From positions 19,101 to 83,100 of the forward strand of contig CAZXTE010000001.1 in NCBI GenBank assembly GCA_964643545.1: DNA of 64,000 bases, written 5' to 3'. Numbering within the stretch: position 1 is the stretch's first letter; each line of letters opens with the position of its first letter. A program made the translations under genes and the position numbers. The notes beneath the pieces are model-generated. The model saw only the letters and a program-made list of their open reading frames with translations. It did not search any database and had not been told where the DNA came from. Shown in pieces: positions 11,444-20,742 of this stretch. This DNA is from an uncultured Candidatus Saccharibacteria bacterium. Lineage in GTDB: Bacteria > Patescibacteriota > Saccharimonadia > Saccharimonadales > AWTP1-31.

Positions 11444-12681
11444 TGCTTATTTAGACAAGTCAACCAATCACTACTCGGATTTACTTCGAGACAAACTCGC
11501 TCGCCAGAGTGAGCATTGTTGAATTTCTGAACTGAATTTGAAAAGTTTGTATACGATTTTTGTGGATAAGAGAAATCACTCGGTATTCCCAATAGAACCA
11601 TGCACAAGAGCAAGCCAACTGCTAATGACCTTGCATACTTATTAGCATACGAAAAGAGGAATAGTATTGCCGAAAAGAGGCCAATCATTGGAAGCCAAAA
11701 ATAACGATTTCCCCCTCCACTAACCATCGACGTCCACTGGGGTACGGTGTTGCTAGCCTGGGGTTTTATGAGCGCTACAAAGAAAATCAGCCAAGTGAAG
11801 ATTATGATCATCTTATACTTATACGGTGCTTTGATGAGAACAAAGATTAATAATGCTAATGTAACCGCACCAAGCACCGCAAACCAACCTTGATTGGCTA
11901 AAGCGTATTTGTTAATAGTCTCCATGCCTACCAGCAGTCCGCCAGTAATTCTACTACCTATTATAGCCAGAAACTTGACTGGGCTCGCGCCCAATCCCTG
12001 CGTAAATCTGGCTTCGGGCTTAGACAGAAGATACACAATTGTCTGCACGACCGACGTAACAGAATATACAGCCAGGTAGGGAAAGCCGACTTTCCCCCTC
12101 TTCCACAACCAGAAAGCGATTGGCAGGACTATGATGGAAAAAGGACCGGTTAGACCAGATATAAAAAGTACGCTGGTGTCAAAGACTTGCCAAAGTTTCG
12201 ACTCAGTTTTGCCAGAGATTAAAATCATGAACACGATCAACGCTAGGTGCCAGTTCATGTTGGTCAGGTTGGCGTTAACCTCAAAACTATTGGGCATCAG
12301 CAGATAGAAGGCTGCAAATAGTGACGAGTTTCGGGTTGAGCCAGTAAGCTTTTTGAATCGGTCGGTAAACAACAAAACAACAGGTAAAATCTGGACTACT
12401 GTTGCCGATAACACAAAAAATAATGGTGCTAGCTTCAACGGCAAGACCATGGATGTCGATGCGACCAGACGCATGCCGACTTGTAGGCTGCTGGCGTAGG
12501 GTTTAAAGATTGACAGAAGAATACCGTCGTTATAGGCCTGGCCGAACCACTTTATACCATCCTCTCCCCAGAATTGGGCATGCCTAAAAACGCTTGGATC
12601 GCGGAGGTAGACAAGCAAAAAACTGCCCAAAAATACTCCCAGAAGGAGCAGTATCTTGTTCTTAGTTAAATAATTCCGCAT
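11440..12681 (-). CDS. polytopic membrane protein, putative GT-C-type glycosyltransferase/polymerase (paralog of 16561..17853)
   Basis: 413 aa with about 10 TM helices. AQFWGEDG acidic motif after TM1. Clear homology to the 430-aa protein at 16561..17853. Conserved tail C-x3-NP-x3-W-x2-CL-x-K. Confidence 0.55.
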   Translation of the reverse strand: MRNYLTKNKILLLLGVFLGSFLLVYLRDPSVFRHAQFWGEDGIKWFGQAYNDGILLSIFKPYASSLQVGMRLVASTSMVLPLKLAPLFFVLSATVVQILPVVLLFTDRFKKLTGSTRNSSLFAAFYLLMPNSFEVNANLTNMNWHLALIVFMILISGKTESKLWQVFDTSVLFISGLTGPFSIIVLPIAFWLWKRGKVGFPYLAVYSVTSVVQTIVYLLSKPEARFTQGLGASPVKFLAIIGSRITGGLLVGMETINKYALANQGWFAVLGAVTLALLIFVLIKAPYKYKMIIIFTWLIFFVALIKPQASNTVPQWTSMVSGGGNRYFWLPMIGLFSAILFLFSYANKYARSLAVGLLLCMVLLGIPSDFSYPQKSYTNFSNSVQKFNNAHSGERVCLEVNPSSDWLTCLNKH

Positions 12682-12706
12682 TTGTGGATAGTATATAATA
12701 GTTCTC

Positions 12707-14329
12707 GTGCTTACAATAGATTGGTGGCCGCTACTAAGTGTAGCGCTTTATATTTCTTCATTTTTTAGTCTAAGTCTTTTTTTTGGCCTCAAAGCCCATC
12801 AGAAAAAACTCATTCCCGATAACTTTTTGTACATGGGTGGCCTAGCCATTTGTCTAGTCATCTGCTATTCTCAGTTTTACATTTTTGCCATTAGCCCAAA
12901 GCTTGGTCACGTCACGACTATTCTATTTATTCTCGCAGGCTTAGCAGTTTTGCCATTCCTGTTACGAACGCTTCTGATTCAAAAAACGATTTGGCAAATA
13001 ACTAAGAAGTACTTCTTTGTACCTTTTTTGATAATAGTTCTCCTCACTTTTCTGTATTCGTATTTCTTATTCGGCTGCACCACCAGCAAATACACTATTG
13101 ACCAATGGGGTGAAGTTCAAAACCCCGCCTTTTGTCACATATCGAAACTACCTATAGATAATGCTCTGCCCTACATCTACAGCGAGAAGGTTAAGAACAA
13201 TGATGCTAAATCATTGGTGATTGATTGGAGCATAGCCGACCGGCCACCGCTGCAAATTGCTACAACTTTGCCAATTTCTGATTTAGCCAAAACCACTGGC
13301 AGACCACAGCGTTACGCTATGTATTACGTCTTTTCCATCACATTACAGCTAAGCTGGATTGCGGTCATTTGGGGCATTTTAACAAAGCTTCTCCAGCGAA
13401 AATTACATGTCTGGGGTTCTATGTTGGCCCTGTCTGCTACGGGGTTCTTATACATTAACTCCGTTTTTGTGTGGCCAAAACTGATCTCAGCCAGTTTATT
13501 CGTATTTGGCGCCTTCATACTTTTTGAAACTAGCACCAAGAGACGAAACTTATTTACTTACAAGTATCTTACCCTAGCGGCAATCTCGTTCGCGCTGGCA
13601 TTACTCTCGCATACGGGCGTGTTGTTTACGTTAATAGTCCTTGCGCCGCTGGTTGCTTTTGACCTTTGGCGTAGTCAAAAAATAGACCAGAAGTTATTGA
13701 AGAGTCTCATAGTACCGACTGCTGCTGCCCTCATCTTGCTAGTACCATGGCAAATCACCAAAAATCATTTAATTTCTCATGATCGACTCATCAAGTGGCA
13801 CTTCGCAGGTGTAATCTCTGCGGAGGACCAGCGGGGAACTCTCAAAACTATAGTTGACGAGTACAAGAAGTTGCCCCTCGCAGCCTGGGCACACAATAAA
13901 CAGAAAAATATTGAAGCACTCTTTACGGGGGGCGTAGGCAACAGTTGCGACTCTGCAATTCGCAGGACCCTTGACGATTGCCACGTAGCCGTATGGAGAG
14001 ATCGAGAGTTCTTCAGCTCGTTCTATTCTTTAGGATTGTTTTCCATTGGATTCCCCGTAATTATCTGGCTTGGCCTTAAGAAGAAGTTGGACAGGCTTGA
14101 TATTATGCTACTTTTACTTACAGTACTGTACTTTATAGTTTGGGTGCTGTTGATGTTTATCCCGGGAGCAACCGTGATACATCAAGGGTCGTATGCTTCT
14201 GCTCTGTTTCTATTTATTTTGCTCATCAAGAATCTATCGCTAATGCCCGACGCAGCGTTTATAGCTTTTGTCGTTCTACAGCTCACCATATTTGGGTTAG
14301 CCTGGCTTCGACCTTTCGGCTTTTTGTAA
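12707..14329 (+). CDS. polytopic membrane protein, ArnT/PMT-like GT-C glycosyltransferase candidate
   Basis: 540 aa with many TM helices. The ADRPPLQ motif resembles the D-x-PPL loop of the GT39/GT83 families. The GTG start is uncertain. Confidence 0.5.
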   Translation: MLTIDWWPLLSVALYISSFFSLSLFFGLKAHQKKLIPDNFLYMGGLAICLVICYSQFYIFAISPKLGHVTTILFILAGLAVLPFLLRTLLIQKTIWQITKKYFFVPFLIIVLLTFLYSYFLFGCTTSKYTIDQWGEVQNPAFCHISKLPIDNALPYIYSEKVKNNDAKSLVIDWSIADRPPLQIATTLPISDLAKTTGRPQRYAMYYVFSITLQLSWIAVIWGILTKLLQRKLHVWGSMLALSATGFLYINSVFVWPKLISASLFVFGAFILFETSTKRRNLFTYKYLTLAAISFALALLSHTGVLFTLIVLAPLVAFDLWRSQKIDQKLLKSLIVPTAAALILLVPWQITKNHLISHDRLIKWHFAGVISAEDQRGTLKTIVDEYKKLPLAAWAHNKQKNIEALFTGGVGNSCDSAIRRTLDDCHVAVWRDREFFSSFYSLGLFSIGFPVIIWLGLKKKLDRLDIMLLLLTVLYFIVWVLLMFIPGATVIHQGSYASALFLFILLIKNLSLMPDAAFIAFVVLQLTIFGLAWLRPFGFL

Positions 14330-14367
14330 TTTACAATTCTAGTTTAAAATGGTAAACTATAACTGTT

Positions 14368-14892
14368 ATGGTTAAAAATAAAAAGGTTAGAAAGACTAAG
14401 ATAATTGCACTCACCGCCGCTGTGCTGCTTCTAGCTGGCGGCTCTGCCTTTGCCTACGTAAAAACCAGACATCCAGCAGCCCCGGCGCCTCTGCCGGTCG
14501 GTGGAGTCAACCTTGATAAGCCAACTGCAGAAGAAATAAAAGAAACTGAAGAATTCAAGAAGCAGCAAGCAAAAGCGACGACTAACCCGCCCACCCAAAC
14601 GGCTTCTAACAACAATGCCAACGTTGTCATAACGACCATAACCACAACCGAAGCTAGGGGCTATGTATCGGGCACAGTTGAAGAAGGTGGCACCTGCACG
14701 CTAACGCTCACAAGAGGTACGGCAAAAGTAACAGCGAGCTCAACTGGCATACTCGATGTCAATAAAACGACCTGCTCCCAAATCACAATCGGCCCGGGTC
14801 AACTAAGCTCTGGTGAATGGGATGCAGTACTCAGTTACACTTCTCCAAGCATAAGTGGATCTTCTGCGGTCCAGAAACTAAAGGTACCCTGA
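14368..14892 (+). CDS. signal-anchored secreted protein, unknown function
   Basis: 174 aa. N-terminal basic region plus TM (KIIALTAAVLLLAGGSAFAYV), a P/T-rich linker and a small two-Cys beta-rich C-domain. Confidence 0.6.
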   Translation: MVKNKKVRKTKIIALTAAVLLLAGGSAFAYVKTRHPAAPAPLPVGGVNLDKPTAEEIKETEEFKKQQAKATTNPPTQTASNNNANVVITTITTTEARGYVSGTVEEGGTCTLTLTRGTAKVTASSTGILDVNKTTCSQITIGPGQLSSGEWDAVLSYTSPSISGSSAVQKLKVP

Positions 14893-14895
14893 GCT

Positions 14896-16560
14896 ATGTT
14901 GAGACCATTAAAGAGATTTGGTGCATTTATCAGCTTGCTAACCGCAGCGGTACTAATCGTGTTTGGACTTCAGCCAGCCTACGCAGCATCTGGCAACACC
15001 TTCAAAGCTGATCGTATTATTGATGACGCCATATTTTTTAACACAGCCCAGTTGTCCGTTACAGACATACAGAATTTCCTAAATAGTAAGGTCCCAACGT
15101 GCGACACCAATCATACCGGCAGCGGAAGCAACCAACCGCCGTTTACCTGTCTCAAGGACTACTCACAAACCATCAGCGATAGGGCGGCAGACCAGTATTG
15201 TACTGGTGCCGTAAGCGCTGGCACAAAGTCGTCGGCACAGATTATTAAAGATGTCGCAAATGCCTGTGGAATCAATGCTGCTGTACTAATAGTATTGCTC
15301 CAAAAAGAACAGTCCTTAATTACTGATACGTGGCCATGGGCATCACAGTACGAAAAAGCTACCGGTTACTATTGCCCCGATGACCCATCTAGGCCGGGCT
15401 GGTGTGACCCGGAATATGCAGGCTTTTTCAACCAAGTGTGGTATGCTGCCAGACAATTCCAGAGGTACGTGAAACAGCCGGGTTCTTTTAACTTTGCTGT
15501 TGGAAGAGCAAGCAGTGTACTCTTCCAGGCAAACCGCCCTAGTTGTGGTGGCACAACCCTTACTATGCAAACCCGAGCAACCGCAGCACTTTACAACTAT
15601 ACACCGTACCAGCCTAGTCAGGCTGCTCTAGACTATCTCTACGGCGTAGCCCCTGGTGACCCTAACACACCCGGCACGCCAGCTTATTGTGCAGCTTATG
15701 GGAACAGGAATTTCTGGCGACTCTTCAATGATTGGTTTGGGCCAACTACTTCAGATAACAATACGGATGTTATAAGTTTTGTTCGGCTTAACCATGCATC
15801 AGGGAACGTTGAGGTAGTAGGCTATACCTCAATAAGCGAGTACTCTTACCCCGCTCGGCATAACTTCTCTAGCTATCCCTCCGTACCAGCCGATGGCAAT
15901 GTGATACCCCTATTCTGGCCTAACGGTGACCTCGTATTCGTGAGACTTAATCATGCCTCAGGAAATGTCGAAGTGGTGAGCTATAGTGCGAATAGCGGAT
16001 ATAAACAACTTGTTAATATTGCAATAACTGGCTACCCCTCCGTGCCTGGCGATGGCAATGTTATCCCAATGTTTAAACCTAACGGGGATTTAAGTTTCAT
16101 TCGACTAAACCACAGTTCAGGAAATGTCGAAGTGGTGAGCTATGGCCCCGGAAGTAATTATAGAAGTCTCACCAGAATTCAAAATTCTAGCTATCCCTCC
16201 GTACCAGCCGATGGCAATGTGATACCCCTATTCTGGCCTAACGGTGACCTCGTATTCGTGAGACTTAATCATGCCTCAGGAAATGTCGAAGTGGTGAGCT
16301 ATAGTGCGAATAGCGGATATAAACAACTTGTTAATATTGCAATAACTGGCTACCCCTCCGTGCCTGGCGATGGCAATGTTATCCCAATGTTTAAACCTAA
16401 CGGGGATTTAAGTTTCATTCGACTAAACCACAGTTCAGGAAATGTCGAAGTAGCTACCTACAGCGCCTCTAGCAACTACAAGCAACTTATTGATTTACGC
16501 CTGACTGGTTACCCTAATGTAGCTAATGATGGTGCCGTAATTCCGCTATTCACCAGGTAG
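14896..16560 (+). CDS. secreted protein: conserved N-domain plus five ~53-aa beta-propeller-type repeats
   Basis: Signal peptide (..LQPAYA/AS). N-domain carries ..SAQIIKDVANACGINAAVLIVLLQKEQSLITD... It is followed by 5 repeats of the form F(V/I)RLNH(A/S)SGNVEV..Y....Y.......GYP.VP.DGNVIP.F.PNGDL. Confidence 0.7.
   Translation: MLRPLKRFGAFISLLTAAVLIVFGLQPAYAASGNTFKADRIIDDAIFFNTAQLSVTDIQNFLNSKVPTCDTNHTGSGSNQPPFTCLKDYSQTISDRAADQYCTGAVSAGTKSSAQIIKDVANACGINAAVLIVLLQKEQSLITDTWPWASQYEKATGYYCPDDPSRPGWCDPEYAGFFNQVWYAARQFQRYVKQPGSFNFAVGRASSVLFQANRPSCGGTTLTMQTRATAALYNYTPYQPSQAALDYLYGVAPGDPNTPGTPAYCAAYGNRNFWRLFNDWFGPTTSDNNTDVISFVRLNHASGNVEVVGYTSISEYSYPARHNFSSYPSVPADGNVIPLFWPNGDLVFVRLNHASGNVEVVSYSANSGYKQLVNIAITGYPSVPGDGNVIPMFKPNGDLSFIRLNHSSGNVEVVSYGPGSNYRSLTRIQNSSYPSVPADGNVIPLFWPNGDLVFVRLNHASGNVEVVSYSANSGYKQLVNIAITGYPSVPGDGNVIPMFKPNGDLSFIRLNHSSGNVEVATYSASSNYKQLIDLRLTGYPNVANDGAVIPLFTR
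15871..16452. repeat. 318-bp-period tandem duplication with two 264-bp copies that read as identical (15871-16134 and 16189-16452) inside the propeller gene
   Basis: Direct reading of the nucleotide lines shows both copies starting agctatccctccgtaccagccgatggc and running to ggaaatgtcgaagt. Each copy corresponds to a two-blade unit of 106 aa. Confidence 0.9.
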
Positions 16561-17853
16561 TTAGTTCTTCTTCAGGCACGTTTTCCACGCTTCGTCGGGA
16601 TTTATATCAAAGCAATATTGTTGCCCAGGACGTAAGGTCGAGAACTCGTTAGCTTGGCCTCTGAAGTTAAACTTCTTCAACTCTTTTACTCTAAAGTAGA
16701 ATGGGAAAAATAGCACGTATAAAGCCACCAAAGCTGAGGCAATCTTGCCCATGTTATTCCTGGTAAGTGCCGCAAAGTAGACCAGTATCAGCAGCCAGCA
16801 GAAGATTGGGATGAAAAAGTATCGTGCGCCGAAGGAATTTAGTTGTAACATATCCCAGAACTGCACAATCGGAACAGTTTGAGCTCGTACGAATGTCGAA
16901 GCATAAATAAGAGACCCGAATAATATCACTGCTCGCATATAGATGTTGGCCTTGATGAAGGCGTAGATCGTCATAATAATAGCGAACATACCCAACATAA
17001 ACATCTGGGGCGACCCTGCTATCTCTTTGGTGATTATTTTCTCGCCTGCGACTGGCAAAGCAAAGAACCTCATACCGGTAATCTTAATCGGTTTACTATA
17101 GTTATTTATTAGTTCTCTTTTCTGAGATACCAGACTGGCAGTTCTTTGTTGGGGGGCCTGTACGTAGACAGCTATCTGAATGAGCGCACAAGCAACTATA
17201 GCAGCAGCCTTAATCCAGTGCATTCTATTTTTGCTCTTTTGAGCAGTAATTAAGTATGCAGCCGTTAGTGCTAGGAAGGGAGCAAACGGCCCACTCAACC
17301 CAGACACAATAAGCACAGTAATATCAAATACCAACCATTTCTTCTGCGTTTTTGGGCCCCTAACTAGTACCAAAATTGCGGCAGCGGCCAAGAACCAAAT
17401 AGTATTTGTAAAATTTCCATAAATCTCAGCAATGCCCGGAATAAGTAGGTATAGAAAAGTGAATGTCATCTTTGATCGCACACTGAATTTTTTTATAAGG
17501 GTGCTATCCGACCAGAATATAAACAATGGTAGGACCATGACCAGAATGGCCACTAAATTTGCCGCCGCTGGGGCGAATCTTAGGGGTACCAACAGCAGCG
17601 GTAGAGCTACCAATCGAGGGAAGAAGGGCAAGATTCCAGAATAAGTCTTGAAGATACTGTAGCCGCCACGCATATAGGCATCTCTATAAAATACGGCGAA
17701 GTCTTCTGCCCAAAACTGAGCATTAAAAAGCAGCTCCGGCCTTCGTAATACGATTACGCCAACGCCAATCAAACACACTACTACCGCTTTTTTCATATCT
17801 GAAAGTACGACAAATTTACGCCAAATGTTAGCTGCCAGCGACTTTATTTCCAT
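16561..17853 (-). CDS. polytopic membrane protein, putative GT-C-type glycosyltransferase/polymerase (paralog of 11440..12681)
   Basis: 430 aa. AQFWAEDF, SGLSGPF and GARYFFIPI match AQFWGEDG, SGLTGPF and GNRYFWLPM in the paralog. The tail is YCFDINPDEAWKTCLKKN. Confidence 0.55.
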   Translation of the reverse strand: MEIKSLAANIWRKFVVLSDMKKAVVVCLIGVGVIVLRRPELLFNAQFWAEDFAVFYRDAYMRGGYSIFKTYSGILPFFPRLVALPLLLVPLRFAPAAANLVAILVMVLPLFIFWSDSTLIKKFSVRSKMTFTFLYLLIPGIAEIYGNFTNTIWFLAAAAILVLVRGPKTQKKWLVFDITVLIVSGLSGPFAPFLALTAAYLITAQKSKNRMHWIKAAAIVACALIQIAVYVQAPQQRTASLVSQKRELINNYSKPIKITGMRFFALPVAGEKIITKEIAGSPQMFMLGMFAIIMTIYAFIKANIYMRAVILFGSLIYASTFVRAQTVPIVQFWDMLQLNSFGARYFFIPIFCWLLILVYFAALTRNNMGKIASALVALYVLFFPFYFRVKELKKFNFRGQANEFSTLRPGQQYCFDINPDEAWKTCLKKN

Positions 17854-17857
17854 ATTC

Positions 17858-19756
17858 CTATTTTAATCTAGCATTAGCGATGTCACGACGAAACTCTGGG
17901 TGATAAAACGGGTCATCTTTAATGAGAGTGCCCCACTTATTTAACATAAGCTTTATCTCTTTATCGAACAGTTCTAGGTCGCGTTGCTTAGAACCAGGCT
18001 GGCCAATAGAGACTGACTCGTGGTGAAACAGATTTACGTGCGGCAGGTACACATTCCTATAACCTTTATCGTATAGCTTTAAACAGAAGTCAACATCGTT
18101 AAAGGCAATCTTAAAGATGGGGTCGAATCCATTAACTTTATTGAACTTGGAGACACCAACCATCACACAGGCTGCAGTTACAGCTGTGAAGTTCCGCGTG
18201 CCACCGACATATAAATTTTGAATGGGGCTCTGGGGTGGTTTATCTATATAAGCCGGGAAGAAATGCCCGGCTATGCCTGGGGTGCCATCCTGGCCACCAA
18301 CACCAAGGATAATGCCTGCATGCTGCAGCCTCTTGTCTGGATAATATAGTTTGCAGCCCACTGCACCAACGTCATCTTGTTGGCTGTAGGCAACCATCCC
18401 TTGGATCCAATCCGGAGATATGACCTCAGTGTCATTGTTGAGGAATAGTAGCTGTGAACCACTTGAGTTATCCGCTCCTAGATTGCAGGCTGCGGCAAAG
18501 TTGAACGGCTTTTCCCACTTCACCACCCTCAGGCCTTTTCCGAGCGATTTGTACCTTTTGTACAGATCCCACACTTTGTCGTCTGTACTGCCCGTGTCTA
18601 CTATTACTACTTCGTAATTATTATAGGTTGTTTTTTCTTTAATTGACCTTAAGCAACGCTCAATATAACCAAATTGATCTTTGGTTGGGATAACGATACT
18701 TACTAACGGATTATCACTTTCATACGCAACCCTCCACATAGAGTATGGAATTTGCCAAGAAATCTCGGCTTTCATGTTACGAGCCTTGACATCATCTTGT
18801 AAGGCTTTCTTCTGATTAACATAGGCGTACTCTTTGGAAGCAGGATTTTCAGCAGTCGAATTTTCAGTTTTCCGCCAACTGTAGAGTACCGTGGGTATGT
18901 GCTGAATTTTGTCAGTCTGGCGAGTAACTCGAAGGAATAGGTCCCAGTCTTGAGCACCTTCGTAACCAGGTCGAAAACCGCCAACTTTCTCAACTAACGA
19001 ACGTCTAATGACCGCAAAGTGAGTTATGTAATTGATTGATCGTAAAAATTCAAAACTCCAATCTGGTTTAAAGAAGGCATCTTCATGCACCTTGCTTTGT
19101 GAATCTATCTTGTCTTCGTCGCTATAAACAAGGTCGGCTTTTTTTTCATTAATAACAGTCGCTGCGTGGAATAAAGCATTTGGCCATAGTACATCATCGT
19201 GATCGAGCAGAGCTATAAATTCACCACTTGCTAGCTTTAATGCTGAGTTTGTGGCATGACAGATATGACCGTTTTCTTGGCGTATGGTGTACTTTATTCT
19301 GGGTTCTTTTTGGGCGTAAGCCTGAATCGCTCCAATTACTTTTTTATCGGTCGAGGCATCATCGGCAATGCAAAGCTCCCAGTTATCGTAAGTCTGGGCT
19401 ATAACGGACTCAATGCACTCTTTTAGGTGCTGAATGTTAGGATTGTAGGTTGGCACTAATACACTGATTAGAGGGCGAGATTTGAAATTCTTTTGGTTTT
19501 TCACTTGCTGCTTCAAAATACCACCCGTTGGGTAATTCTTTTTAAACCACTGTCTGTATTCTTTGTCGATTTGAATCTTTGTGTGAGCCGCTAGGGTTAA
19601 TGAATCTATGCGCGAAATGAGTTTTTTTGCACCCGGTAGACGCCGGGTATAACGATTAATAAAGATGTGTTTGCCGAAGATCTTGATGTGCAGAATTCGG
19701 ATTATAATTGGATATATCCCCTGCTTTACTTTCTTTACTATAGACGTCATTTTCAC
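17858..19756 (-). CDS. bifunctional glycosyltransferase with two GT2 domains
   Basis: 632 aa with two GT2 cores: ISVLVPTYNP..CIADDAST..LDHDD and VSIVIPTKDQ..VIVDTGSTD..FLNNDTE. GTGA overlap with the upstream methyltransferase gene. Confidence 0.8.
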   Translation of the reverse strand: MKMTSIVKKVKQGIYPIIIRILHIKIFGKHIFINRYTRRLPGAKKLISRIDSLTLAAHTKIQIDKEYRQWFKKNYPTGGILKQQVKNQKNFKSRPLISVLVPTYNPNIQHLKECIESVIAQTYDNWELCIADDASTDKKVIGAIQAYAQKEPRIKYTIRQENGHICHATNSALKLASGEFIALLDHDDVLWPNALFHAATVINEKKADLVYSDEDKIDSQSKVHEDAFFKPDWSFEFLRSINYITHFAVIRRSLVEKVGGFRPGYEGAQDWDLFLRVTRQTDKIQHIPTVLYSWRKTENSTAENPASKEYAYVNQKKALQDDVKARNMKAEISWQIPYSMWRVAYESDNPLVSIVIPTKDQFGYIERCLRSIKEKTTYNNYEVVIVDTGSTDDKVWDLYKRYKSLGKGLRVVKWEKPFNFAAACNLGADNSSGSQLLFLNNDTEVISPDWIQGMVAYSQQDDVGAVGCKLYYPDKRLQHAGIILGVGGQDGTPGIAGHFFPAYIDKPPQSPIQNLYVGGTRNFTAVTAACVMVGVSKFNKVNGFDPIFKIAFNDVDFCLKLYDKGYRNVYLPHVNLFHHESVSIGQPGSKQRDLELFDKEIKLMLNKWGTLIKDDPFYHPEFRRDIANARLK

Positions 19757-20742
19757 TTCTTTCTCTTAATTACCCTCTTGGTTGCTCTAAGTAATTTGGT
19801 GACCTTCCAAGATAATGATCGTTGCATTGCCGTATTAGATGCCTCAAGGGTTTGTACTTGTAATGAAAGGAGGTTTATTGAGTGCTGCATACTATTTTTT
19901 TGATTATCAATTGCGTTCTTTACTATCTCTGTTAGGGCTAGCGGTAGTTTGTTAACAACACTGACAGTTTTAGTGGCAACCTTCGGATAATACTCATCCA
20001 TGGCTTTCGCTACTCTCCTAACTTTACTTTGATTCCCAGAAATAAAGTAGATTACTCTATAAGAATTAAACTCGTCAACATCACTATCTAGCAGCTTGGT
20101 GTTTTCATTATAAAATCGATTAATCTCACCTGCTTTCATCGATGTAGTGTCGAGTACGCTAGATAGAAAAAAGATAGTCTGCATGGTAACCCAATTCTCA
20201 ACTTTATTACTATAGAGTTTACTAAAGTATAGTTTTTTAGAATGAATCACTGACTCTATTTTTTGTTGAGTTGGTAAGACATTGTCTATATGTTCTGCTA
20301 GCCACTGATGTCCTTTTCCTTCAAATGATTTGAAAAGCGCATTTAAATTCTTCTCGGCTTCGGTAACCACACTTGAAGAATTTTCGAACGGACAGCACAA
20401 GAAAAATCCTTCTTTAGAGACACGTATGCATTCTAGAATAAAATCTGCTCGTTTTTCTGTAGATATATGCTCTAAAACATCAAAACTAACCACTACATCA
20501 AATTCCTCATTTTTAAAGGACATTTTTGTTCCATCGCCCTTGACGTAGTTATCTTCCTCTACATCAAAAACATCGAGTACCGTTACTTTATCTTGCCTCG
20601 AAAAATCGTGGGTTTTTCCCTTGTATCCTCCAACGTCAAGTACTTTGAGAGTTTTACCCTTTGGCCTAATTACTCCTACTAAGTCTGCGGTTATATTTTG
20701 ACGAGAATACTGATCGAAAGGTAAGTCTAGGCGTGCGTTCAT
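19753..20742 (-). CDS. SAM-dependent methyltransferase with helical C-terminal extension (candidate glycan chain-terminating enzyme)
   Basis: Motif I LKVLDVGGYKG and FDVVVSFDVLEHI. The C-terminal ~60 aa are heptad-like and basic (..LLSLQVQTLEASNTAMQRSLSWKVTKLLRATKRVIKRKK). Translationally coupled to wzt. Confidence 0.65.
   Translation of the reverse strand: MNARLDLPFDQYSRQNITADLVGVIRPKGKTLKVLDVGGYKGKTHDFSRQDKVTVLDVFDVEEDNYVKGDGTKMSFKNEEFDVVVSFDVLEHISTEKRADFILECIRVSKEGFFLCCPFENSSSVVTEAEKNLNALFKSFEGKGHQWLAEHIDNVLPTQQKIESVIHSKKLYFSKLYSNKVENWVTMQTIFFLSSVLDTTSMKAGEINRFYNENTKLLDSDVDEFNSYRVIYFISGNQSKVRRVAKAMDEYYPKVATKTVSVVNKLPLALTEIVKNAIDNQKNSMQHSINLLSLQVQTLEASNTAMQRSLSWKVTKLLRATKRVIKRKK

Noticed and set aside
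12681-12700. DnaA-box-like TGTGGATAG in the 25-bp gap between divergent membrane-protein genes.
   Set aside because: It is a single isolated 8/9 match far from dnaA. It is expected by chance in 64 kb and has no clustering.
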